64,000 bases of DNA from a virus. How positions within the stretch are numbered: position 1 is the stretch's first letter; each line of letters begins with the position of its first letter. Position numbers and translations under genes: made by a program. Shown here one piece after another: positions 57,133-64,000 of this stretch. The notes below the pieces were generated by a model. It was not told the DNA's origin, searched no databases, and saw nothing but the letters and a program-made list of their open reading frames with translations. The stretch is taken from the IMG/VR virus record IMGVR_UViG_3300032313_001035; one strand, given 5' to 3'.

Positions 57133-57450
57133 AAAGAAAATAGTTGACTCAGTTAATGACTCAGTTGGTTTCTCAGTCTGTATCTCAGTTAATAGATCAG
57201 TTTATAAGTCAGTTTGGGTCTCAGTTTGGAGCTCAGTTAGAGACTCAGCTTGGGACTCAGTTAATAACTCAGTTCATAGCTCAGTTCGTATTAGTGTATC
57301 GAGAGAGATAAAAGAGCATGGATATAGTAAATGAAATAGATGACTCAGTTAGTGACTCAGTTTGTGACACAGTTATTGACTTAGTTTATGGTACAGTTAG
57401 TGGCTCAGTTTGGGGCTCAGTTCGGGACTCAGTTTGGGGCTCAGTTCGTA
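56950..57450 (+). repeat. 12-nt NNCTCAGTTNNN tandem arrays (cluster 1)
   Basis: About 23 exact CTCAGTT heptamers at 12-nt period in three ORFs (manual count). Confidence 0.92.
57122..57334 (+). CDS. SV-repeat micro-protein
   Basis: xSVx repeats. Confidence 0.7.
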   Translation: MNIKKKIVDSVNDSVGFSVCISVNRSVYKSVWVSVWSSVRDSAWDSVNNSVHSSVRISVSREIKEHGYSK

Positions 57451-57494
57451 TTAGTGTATCGAGAGGGATAAAAGAGCATGAATATCGGAAGTGA
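57318..57494 (+). CDS. SV-repeat micro-protein (58 aa, chimeric; not in ORF track)
   Basis: MDIVNEIDDSVSDSVCDTVIDLVYGTV...SVRISVSRGIKEHEYRK. Confidence 0.7.
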   Translation: MDIVNEIDDSVSDSVCDTVIDLVYGTVSGSVWGSVRDSVWGSVRISVSRGIKEHEYRK

Positions 57495-57681
57495 AATAAA
57501 TGAAGATGTGTATAATCTTGTGTGGGAGAATATATGGCGAGAATGCAGAAAACCAATCATAGATCAAATGTCATCACTCGCACAGGTCAACACATATGAT
57601 TCATTGGGATCGGTAATCGATGATACACTAAGAGGCAATATCAGTATAGAAGTTGTTATTAAAATGAGGGATAAAATATGA
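57478..57681 (+). CDS. Micro-protein family member
   Basis: MNIGSEINEDVYNLVWENIW. Confidence 0.6.
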   Translation: MNIGSEINEDVYNLVWENIWRECRKPIIDQMSSLAQVNTYDSLGSVIDDTLRGNISIEVVIKMRDKI

Positions 57682-57697
57682 ATATTAATATAACTGT

Positions 57698-57715
57698 TAA
57701 AAACCACTTTATGAT
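57698..57715 (+). promoter_or_regulatory. TAAAAAC-box promoter
   Basis: TAAAAACCAC-TT-TATGAT; ATG 6 nt downstream. Confidence 0.7.
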
Positions 57716-57721
57716 TAAGCC

Positions 57722-58273
57722 ATGAAACTTTTTTGGGACATAGACGAAACACTCATCCACACAAAGATGAATCCATTCAAGCCAGAATGGAATTGCGAAC
57801 TCCTTGTATTGGATGATTTTGTTCACTATACCCGCATCAGACCATGCGCTCGCGAATTAATCGAATACAGTAGAACTCTTTTCGGTGGCGAAAATGTCTA
57901 TATCTTGACGGCAGCAACTCATCAGTATGCTAGAGAAATCAGTCGTGTGGCTAATTGGGGATTTACTTCGGAGCAAATCTTTGCGCGGGAAAATGTGGAG
58001 CAATACACGCACCGATCATCAGGTGGTTGGGGCGCAGAACGTGTGCAAGTTACTGCACATCCTCTTGCTCATCCCGACAATATCTTGATTGACAATCTGC
58101 CCCCAGAGTGGAATGAAGAAAAAACGTCTTTTATGTTGATTAATCCCAAGACCAACTACTTGAAAGTTAAGGATTACTTGGGCGACAATACCGATGAAGA
58201 TATTTTTCGCGATAAGGTAAAACACTTTTTGAAAGAAAAAGCGAAAAATAATTTGACAAACTGTGAGAAATAG
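57722..58273 (+). CDS. HAD-superfamily phosphatase (FCP1/NIF-like)
   Basis: WDIDETLIH; IRP; LTAA..YA; ILIDN. Confidence 0.8.
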   Translation: MKLFWDIDETLIHTKMNPFKPEWNCELLVLDDFVHYTRIRPCARELIEYSRTLFGGENVYILTAATHQYAREISRVANWGFTSEQIFARENVEQYTHRSSGGWGAERVQVTAHPLAHPDNILIDNLPPEWNEEKTSFMLINPKTNYLKVKDYLGDNTDEDIFRDKVKHFLKEKAKNNLTNCEK

Positions 58274-58327
58274 TTTACTAAACTGTTTGGAAGATGGGGT
58301 GGAAATGCATATCCTTTCAATAGAAAT

Positions 58328-58852
58328 ATGGCAAAACGAAAAGGTATAAAATCAAAATTCCCAGAAATAATTTCATATTGGGAAACCAAAATATACGAAG
58401 GTGATATCGGGGTCGATTGGTGTGATGCTGATGAAAGATGTTGGAGATGTGGTTATAAAGCCAGATTAGAAAAATGCCACATCATACCACACTCTTTAGG
58501 TGGTGTGGATGAGGTTTCAAACTTAGTATTATTGTGTAATAGATGCCATAAAGAAGCACCGAATTCAACCGACAAAGAATGCATGTGGGAATGGATTAAA
58601 GCTACCAAGGTAGCATTCTATGATATATTTTGGGCTCAACATGGACTGGAAGAATATGAAAAAATTTACAACACAAAAATCATCAATGATTTGAAAAATG
58701 TTGATTTGACAGATTCTAAAAAAATTAGAATGGTAGTTAGACGATCTTTTGAAAATGTGTCTGTTCATTATGGGACAGGGAATTATAACACATCAACAGT
58801 TGCCTCAATAATAAAAAATATCACAAAAAACTTGACAAACTGTGAGAGATAG
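58328..58852 (+). mobile_element. HNH endonuclease
   Basis: CWRCG..EKCHIIPHSLGG..SNLVLLCNRCH; flanked by a direct repeat. Confidence 0.85.
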
Positions 58853-58860
58853 TTTATATT
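58832..58860 (+). promoter_or_regulatory. Sigma70-type promoter (duplicated at 58254)
   Basis: TTGACA-17nt-TATATT. Confidence 0.7.
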
Positions 58861-58867
58861 TCTCGTG

Positions 58868-58973
58868 TTGCCACATTCCAGCCTCCGCAATGAGGGCATT
58901 CAAAACGTAACGTGCATTAAGTCTACCTCTCCGTAATGAATGAGCGACCTGATCGGGGGTTGGAATGTGGTAA
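58868..58973 (+). ncRNA. Putative 106-nt small RNA closed by a 20-bp stem
   Basis: TTGCCACATTCCAGCCTCCG / CGGGGGTTGGAATGTGGTAA with 3 G:U pairs; inner CATTCA/TGAATG; starts 7 nt after the -10. Confidence 0.7.
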
Positions 58974-58988
58974 AAACTACATTATAAT
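58971..58988 (+). promoter_or_regulatory. TAAAAAC-box promoter
   Basis: TAAAAACTAC-AT-TATAAT. Confidence 0.75.
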
Positions 58989-59020
58989 ACAAGTATGCCA
59001 GAAAAAAAAATCACAAAACA

Positions 59021-59587
59021 ATGAAAACATATACAATAAAACTACACGGTTACTGCACTGAAGCAAGAATCTATGAACTTGATCAAGATGCCGCTGAATA
59101 TTGGAATAATCTTCTAATAGTTGGCGAAGACGAAAGTCTTTATGAATATCTTGAGGGAGAAGCGACTGATCATTCACCAGAAGCTGACTTTTTGAATGGC
59201 GAGGATCAATTCGATGCATCGAGTCTATATGCCACAACTACATACATCGATACCGCCCAAGCTAGAATCAATGTTCAACATGGCGACGAAGAAGTTCTTA
59301 ACATGGTATTGAATGAGGATGATGTTAATATCGAATGGGTCGATGGTGATGAAATGCCAAGTCCAGCACTGCTGGTATCTGATTATTCAAAAGGGGTATT
59401 TTTCCAAACAGATTTGGAGCTTGATGATGAAAAAACATTTGACAAATCCAAACTTAAAGTTATTCTAAGCGAGGAAGATGAAGGTGAGGCATTCATAGGA
59501 GTTTCTTATGATGGTGTTGAACTGGAATTAGACGATTTCTTCTTGACAGGAAAAGGAAGAACATACACAATTACGAATCTTGACTAA
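59021..59587 (+). CDS. Acidic hypothetical protein
   Basis: SKGVFF..FDKSKL..VSYDG..TGKG. Confidence 0.55.
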   Translation: MKTYTIKLHGYCTEARIYELDQDAAEYWNNLLIVGEDESLYEYLEGEATDHSPEADFLNGEDQFDASSLYATTTYIDTAQARINVQHGDEEVLNMVLNEDDVNIEWVDGDEMPSPALLVSDYSKGVFFQTDLELDDEKTFDKSKLKVILSEEDEGEAFIGVSYDGVELELDDFFLTGKGRTYTITNLD

Positions 59588-59593
59588 CCAAAT

Positions 59594-60616
59594 ATGGAAA
59601 ACAAAGAAACAAAAGATATGACAGAAAAAGTGGAAACTGCTATGAAACAAAAAATCGACAAGCTCACACCTGAGCAGGAAGCGAAGATGCCTGAGTATGT
59701 CCAGAAATGGATTAACATTGGTATTAACACTGATCGTCTTGATCCAGTTCGCACACGAAAAACGATTGATCAGTATCGTGCGTTGATCAATAGACCAGTA
59801 GATGTGCCATTGATTATCCTTAATAACCCTCTTGAAGCATGGGCTGCATGTCATCTCATTACCAACTTTGGTGTTAAGATCGAAGATCTCGATGCAGAGC
59901 TTGATGATGTATTCAATGGTAATCCTAAGAAGTATGATATTCCCCCTGCACAACTTCCATGGCAGTCTGGCTCATTCTTCGCTGCGACCTTTAGCTTCTA
60001 TGACTTTATGTTTGAAGAAGTAGGTGTGGAGATTGATGCCGAACTCTATGCTAAGTATAAGACATGGGAAGCAACTTCACAAATCGGTTGCATCTACCCT
60101 ATGGAAGAGTATACCATTGTAAGTGAAAAGCCTACAGAGATTCATCTCAATGCGGAGAATCGTCTGCATCGTAATGGTGGTGCTGCTCTAACTTATGCTG
60201 GTCGTGGTAATCTTAAAGTGTATTCTCTCAATGGTGTTCGTGTGCCAGAATATATTGCTGTTACGGATGAAGAGAAGCTCGATCTTGATTATTACAAGAC
60301 TATTGCAAACGCTGACGTTAAAGCAGAATTTGTGAGGAAGGCGGGGATTGAACGCTTTAAGTCTCTTGGCAAACTTCTCGACACATATGAAAACTATATT
60401 GGTGCTGAGTATGAATGGTGGCATAAGAGTCAGTATGAACTCTGGGATATGGAAGCTATCTTTGATGGCTTGAGCAGTGCGCCATATCTCTCTATGGTCA
60501 ATCAAACTACAGGTATCTTCCACTTCGAAGGTGTATCACCTGATTGCCAAGACCTCAAGAGTGCAATCAAACAGCGTCTCGGTGGACGCGATATGGTTAT
60601 CAAAGAAATTAAATAA
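59594..60616 (+). CDS. DUF6745-like protein
   Basis: IDKLTPEQEA..KW..IG; SEKP..RLHRNGGAAL..YSLNGVRVP; FEGVSP. Confidence 0.7.
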   Translation: MENKETKDMTEKVETAMKQKIDKLTPEQEAKMPEYVQKWINIGINTDRLDPVRTRKTIDQYRALINRPVDVPLIILNNPLEAWAACHLITNFGVKIEDLDAELDDVFNGNPKKYDIPPAQLPWQSGSFFAATFSFYDFMFEEVGVEIDAELYAKYKTWEATSQIGCIYPMEEYTIVSEKPTEIHLNAENRLHRNGGAALTYAGRGNLKVYSLNGVRVPEYIAVTDEEKLDLDYYKTIANADVKAEFVRKAGIERFKSLGKLLDTYENYIGAEYEWWHKSQYELWDMEAIFDGLSSAPYLSMVNQTTGIFHFEGVSPDCQDLKSAIKQRLGGRDMVIKEIK

Positions 60617-60648
60617 ATAAAACAATCAACAACGAAAGAAACAACAAT

Positions 60649-60984
60649 ATGAACAAAACAACAGTAATCCTACATGGCGAAGCTATGCTATTCCCAGCCG
60701 AACTGCCAGCAGACGCAGTTGAAATTAAGCCTACTAACAACGATCTGCATATTATTGCAGATAGTGAAACAACTGGCAATCACCATGTCGTTGATATGGT
60801 TGAAGGCACTAAAGTGTTTCGCTCTGGTGATCGCACATTCATTCGCAACTCTAAACCTACTCAGGTGCGTTGTGTGCATGCCAATCGTCACGATGCTATC
60901 GCTATGCCTCCTGGTGTGTGGCAAGTAGATGTACAGCAGGAATTTGATCATTTTGCACAAAACATGCGAGCAGTTCGTGATTGA
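60649..60984 (+). CDS. His-rich beta-strand partner protein of DUF6745-like gene
   Basis: HGE; ADSETTGNHH; HANRHDAI; QQEFD. Confidence 0.65.
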   Translation: MNKTTVILHGEAMLFPAELPADAVEIKPTNNDLHIIADSETTGNHHVVDMVEGTKVFRSGDRTFIRNSKPTQVRCVHANRHDAIAMPPGVWQVDVQQEFDHFAQNMRAVRD

Positions 60985-60999
60985 TAAACCTATAGAATC

Positions 61000-61039
61000 A
61001 AAGCGAGGAGTTTGTATTCTTATAAGCTCCTCGCTTTTT
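61000..61039 (+). terminator. Rho-independent terminator
   Basis: AAAGCGAGGAG...CTCCTCGCTTTTT. Confidence 0.85.
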
Positions 61040-61044
61040 GTTGT

Positions 61045-61275
61045 ATGAATATTAAAGAGGAAATAGATGTCTCAGTTAGAGACTCAGTTGATAACTCAGT
61101 TAGGATCTCAGTTATTGACTCAGTTTATGGCTCAGTTGATAACTTGGTTAATGGCTCGGTTAATGTCTTAGTTAGGAGCTCAGTTAATAACTCGGTTTAT
61201 CAATCAGTTTGGAGCTCAATTAGAGACTCAGTTAGTAACACTGTTAGTATTGCGATAAACGATTATGAATATTGA
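61045..61275 (+). CDS. SV-repeat micro-protein
   Basis: MNIKEEIDVSVRDSV..NDYEY. Confidence 0.7.
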   Translation: MNIKEEIDVSVRDSVDNSVRISVIDSVYGSVDNLVNGSVNVLVRSSVNNSVYQSVWSSIRDSVSNTVSIAINDYEY

Positions 61276-61612
61276 ACAGCATATTTATGATACAGTTTGG
61301 TTATCTAATCAATCCATACATCTCAGTCTTGAGATGCATACTCGTGTTGTAACTTCTCCTCTCTTATTTGACGCTGTACACAAAAAAATTAATGTGTTAG
61401 TATGGAGCGCTGTATCATCAGAAGTATATAGGAACGTTCGGGAGTGCATAGAAGAATATGAATATTGATAAGGAAATAGATCGCTCAGTTTGTGACTCAG
61501 TTAATGACTCAGTTATGAACTCAACTAGGAAATCGGTTCGGTTCTCAGTTAAGGACTCAGTTTGGAGCTCAGTTTTTGGTTCAGTTCGCCGCTCAGTTTG
61601 TGACTCAGTTAG
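61069..61612 (+). repeat. 12-nt NNCTCAGTTNNN tandem arrays (cluster 2)
   Basis: About 16 exact CTCAGTT heptamers in two ORFs (manual count). Confidence 0.9.
61265..61468 (+). CDS. Micro-protein family member (diverged)
   Basis: MNIEQHIYDTVW..LVWSAVSSEVYRNV..EEYEY. Confidence 0.65.
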   Translation: MNIEQHIYDTVWLSNQSIHLSLEMHTRVVTSPLLFDAVHKKINVLVWSAVSSEVYRNVRECIEEYEY

Positions 61613-61655
61613 CATTGCGATAAACGATTATGAATATGACAAAGCAATCAGTTGA
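61458..61655 (+). CDS. SV-repeat micro-protein
   Basis: MNIDKEIDRSVCDSV..NDYEY. Confidence 0.7.
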   Translation: MNIDKEIDRSVCDSVNDSVMNSTRKSVRFSVKDSVWSSVFGSVRRSVCDSVSIAINDYEYDKAIS

Positions 61656-61875
61656 ATATTGTGTTTGGAATAATGGTTGGCGTGACATTGATTTTTTGCG
61701 CATTGCATTAAGGGCAAATGCTGAAAATCATGTTGATGAAGAACCTTTGTATAAAATACAGATTAGTGTGCCACGAAATATTATTAATACAATTGGTGGT
61801 AATGTTCCATTTGCTGGCGGTTTTGAATTAAAGTCAACTCTTAACACAGAGCTAAGAGAGCGTAAATATAAATAA
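61630..61875 (+). CDS. Small protein ending the micro-gene array
   Basis: MNM start with the same overlap. Confidence 0.5.
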   Translation: MNMTKQSVEYCVWNNGWRDIDFLRIALRANAENHVDEEPLYKIQISVPRNIINTIGGNVPFAGGFELKSTLNTELRERKYK

Positions 61876-61910
61876 ATTATAATGTATACTTGTTGTAATC
61901 AGAATGATCA

Positions 61911-61928
61911 TAAAAACCACATTATGAT
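61911..61928 (+). promoter_or_regulatory. TAAAAAC-box promoter
   Basis: TAAAAACCAC-AT-TATGAT; in-frame GTG 6 nt downstream. Confidence 0.7.
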
Positions 61929-61934
61929 GTGGGT

Positions 61935-62126
61935 GTGCAAAGCGACAAAATAATGAAAAAAAATACGCCAAAACTTAAAGCAATGAAACAAATTGCGCGT
62001 ATCATGTTTAGGCTTAATCATTTTCTTGAACCTTATGGCTTGACAAATGATTTTAAACGGCTACGCTTTATGAATCGCTCATTGTTTCGATGGCATACTG
62101 GACTAGAAACACCTACAGAAAAATGA
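61935..62126 (+). CDS. Small basic hypothetical protein
   Basis: ORF after promoter. Confidence 0.45.
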   Translation: MQSDKIMKKNTPKLKAMKQIARIMFRLNHFLEPYGLTNDFKRLRFMNRSLFRWHTGLETPTEK

Positions 62127-62141
62127 AATCACCATATTGAT

Positions 62142-62372
62142 ATGAAACATAAATTTTATTATTACGAATATACTGACGATGGTGGAGTGACATGGACGAT
62201 GGGAGATTATCGCCGCTATCTCATGCCTATTGTAGAATTGGCAAATGCGCAGCCTTATCGTTTTCGTGTTTGCGATCAAGATGATGACGTGATAGATCCT
62301 GTAGAAATACAAGAAGCAACCGATCAAATCCGTTTAATGAATTTAATCTTTAATAAAGAAGGTCAACTATGA
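62142..62372 (+). CDS. Hypothetical protein
   Basis: ORF. Confidence 0.5.
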   Translation: MKHKFYYYEYTDDGGVTWTMGDYRRYLMPIVELANAQPYRFRVCDQDDDVIDPVEIQEATDQIRLMNLIFNKEGQL

Positions 62373-62581
62373 AACTAATCAAAGCAGGAAATAAACTCAA
62401 AAGAATCTGGCGCGGAACTTGTCGAAACTGCGAATCAGAGTTTGAAGATACCGAAGAAAATGTGAGACTTGGAAAGGTCGAAAGTTGCATTCGCGAAAGA
62501 GAAGAATTTGCGCATCGCGATTGCCCAGAATGTGGGCGTAAAGCGGGAAGGGCAGTTATTCTTTATCCTATTGAATTTTGA
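62369..62581 (+). CDS. Zinc-ribbon protein
   Basis: CRNC...CPEC. Confidence 0.65.
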   Translation: MKLIKAGNKLKRIWRGTCRNCESEFEDTEENVRLGKVESCIREREEFAHRDCPECGRKAGRAVILYPIEF

Positions 62582-62593
62582 TAAAATAAATAT

Positions 62594-62917
62594 ATGAAAC
62601 CAGAACAGCAAAGGCTAAAAATAGCCGAGGTTTGTGGATGGGAAATCAACAAAAGAAAATGGCTAGCAAAACCACCAAACGATAGTTGGCAATATTTAGA
62701 TACAATGCCAGACTACCTCAACGACCTCAACGCGATGCATGAGGCTGAGAAAAACCTTAAACCTAAACAACAAGTAGATTACTGGCTTTGGGTAAATAAA
62801 TTGGCAGGAAATGACCCGACCAATAGCATTTACTTAGTATGGGGAGATGCTATTTTTGCTACCGCAGCCCAACGCGCCGAAGCTTTCTTGCGAACCCTCA
62901 AACTCTGGGAAGAATAA
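62594..62917 (+). CDS. Conserved phage protein (ABA-sandwich-like)
   Basis: IAEVCGW; PDYLNDLNAMHEAE; ATAAQRAEAFL. Confidence 0.6.
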   Translation: MKPEQQRLKIAEVCGWEINKRKWLAKPPNDSWQYLDTMPDYLNDLNAMHEAEKNLKPKQQVDYWLWVNKLAGNDPTNSIYLVWGDAIFATAAQRAEAFLRTLKLWEE

Positions 62918-62922
62918 CAAAC

Positions 62923-63024
62923 AAGTGTGTGGTGTAGTGGTAGCACAACCCAAGCAAAGGGCTTCTTGTCCGATAGGATAGGTGGTATTTCATCGAGGTG
63001 CAGGTTCGATTCCTGCCACACTTA
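62923..63024 (+). ncRNA. tRNA-like RNA with expanded central domain
   Basis: AAGTGTG/CACACTT acceptor; D arm GTGT-AGTGGTA-GCAC; T arm GCAGG-TTCGATT-CCTGC; ~52-nt centre. Confidence 0.75.
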
Positions 63025-63035
63025 CAATTTTCTTC

Positions 63036-63070
63036 TTGACAAGACCCCAACAATGTGGTTTAATTCTCCC
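63036..63070 (+). promoter_or_regulatory. Sigma70-type promoter, near-duplicated at 63420-63454
   Basis: TTGACA-17nt-TTTAAT; caagacYccaaYaatgtggtttaattctccc x2. Confidence 0.7.
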
Positions 63071-63095
63071 TAAAATCAAGCACATCGAATTCTAA

Positions 63096-63407
63096 ATGAA
63101 CATTATTATGATTGACATTAAACAACTCAAATCTGAACTAGCACAAACTAAGAAAGACCTTAAAGCTGAGGAAAAACGAACACGAAAGCTTGAAGTGCTT
63201 ATCAAAGAATTTGCGGAACGTCTCAATGATTGCGAAGAAATCTTTAGTATTGTTCTTGCGCTTGATGAGGATCTTAGAGGCGAAAAAACTGTCGATATTT
63301 CTACAAAGAGAATGAAACAACTTGTCCGAGAGATCAACACCGCTTATAATCGCAATACAAAGACATTAAGCAAGAGAGCCTCGTTCATCTATGCTAACGA
63401 AATCTAA
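63096..63407 (+). CDS. Coiled-coil hypothetical protein
   Basis: ORF after promoter. Confidence 0.55.
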   Translation: MNIIMIDIKQLKSELAQTKKDLKAEEKRTRKLEVLIKEFAERLNDCEEIFSIVLALDEDLRGEKTVDISTKRMKQLVREINTAYNRNTKTLSKRASFIYANEI

Positions 63408-63473
63408 ACAAACATCAGCATGCCAAGACTCCAATAATGTGGTTTAATTCTCCCGCACCCAATAATAAACAAT

Positions 63474-63863
63474 ATGAAAAAAAATCAACTAATCGAACAA
63501 CTCCAAAAAATCAAAGGCAATCCCGAAATCAAAATGTGGAATGGTCTTGTTGAAGATTGGATGAACATTGGAATTGTGGAATGTGAATTGGTAAAACGAT
63601 GCGCCGAACATATTCGTTGGAGCATCGAAATGGACTGGAAGCAAAGAAACAAATCATGGGAAATCCCCGCTGATGTTCAACAATATCTTGACCAGTGTAT
63701 CAAAGATCAAATCAGAGAAGAAGAATGGGACTTCCCGAATCAATACCTAGATAAAGAAGGGGAAAAAAGATGGTATGGTAAAAACAGAAAAAAAGTCGTA
63801 ATGATTGATGCAAAACAAAGAAACAAAACGTATGCTGATCGACTTGGAAAAATTAGCTACTAA
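63474..63863 (+). CDS. Hypothetical phage protein
   Basis: ORF after promoter. Confidence 0.6.
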   Translation: MKKNQLIEQLQKIKGNPEIKMWNGLVEDWMNIGIVECELVKRCAEHIRWSIEMDWKQRNKSWEIPADVQQYLDQCIKDQIREEEWDFPNQYLDKEGEKRWYGKNRKKVVMIDAKQRNKTYADRLGKISY

Positions 63864-63873
63864 AACTGCCGAT

Positions 63874-64000
63874 ATGGAACAAGAACTGCAAAATTCATTG
63901 GAGAAATTGCTCGAAACATATGAAGAGCGTCTTCCTCAGATTACAAACGACCGATTCTGGACTGATCGAGAAGAAGCTTATGCTAATGGCAGGGAAAGCG
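63874..64000 (+). CDS. Hypothetical protein, partial
   Basis: ATG open to window end. Confidence 0.4.
   Translation, partial: MEQELQNSLEKLLETYEERLPQITNDRFWTDREEAYANGRES

Noticed and set aside
56950-57450. Diversity-generating retroelement (NNT/NNC codons resemble mutated AAY)
   Set aside because: No reverse transcriptase or template repeat in the window, and the A of TCA is almost invariant; not excluded genome-wide
58868-58973. Retron msr-msd
   Set aside because: No reverse transcriptase nearby and no long msd hairpin
56950-61612. CTCAGTT arrays as CRISPR
   Set aside because: 7-nt constant and 5-nt variable parts are far too short, arrays are in-frame coding, and no cas genes are present
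3233-63340. Numerous antisense or alternate-frame ORFs inside larger genes
   Set aside because: Shadows of real genes with no motifs or promoters
1-64000. Stop-codon reassignment
   Set aside because: Conserved genes are full length in the standard code; no suppressor tRNA seen
1-64000. Host assignment
   Set aside because: Scarce Shine-Dalgarno sites with TTGACA/TATAAT-type promoters argue against Bacteroidota-style promoters but do not identify a host

Overview
AT-rich fragment of a large T4-like (myovirus) phage genome, standard genetic code. 1-37.9 kb is mostly the virion module: baseplate gp6/gp25/gp53/gp26/gp27/gp48-like genes, a 14-aa-repeat fibre, neck gp14, terminase, sheath, tube, tape-measure-like gene and putative internal head proteins. 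Glycan genes (sulfotransferase, glycosyltransferase, RmlA, an NRS/ER-type epimerase-reductase) and the clamp loader are interleaved. 37.9-64 kb is an accessory region: RmlB, GMD, an RNA-repair set, a DNA methylase, rIIA/rIIB, GIY-YIG and HNH endonucleases, three tRNAs and several non-canonical tRNA-like or structured RNAs. Most notable: (1) about 16 overlapping paralogous ~65-aa micro-genes built from a 12-nt NNC-TCA-GTT-NNN repeat, ranging from pristine to fully diverged, with a chimeric copy, flanking a DUF6745-like gene pair; (2) two promoter classes (TAAATA; TAAAAACHAC-N2-TANNAT) placed 5-7 nt before start codons, implying widespread leaderless mRNAs; (3) tRNA mimics and a promoter-driven 106-nt RNA; (4) insertion scars of both endonuclease genes. 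All product calls come from motif recognition by eye; no database searches were run.
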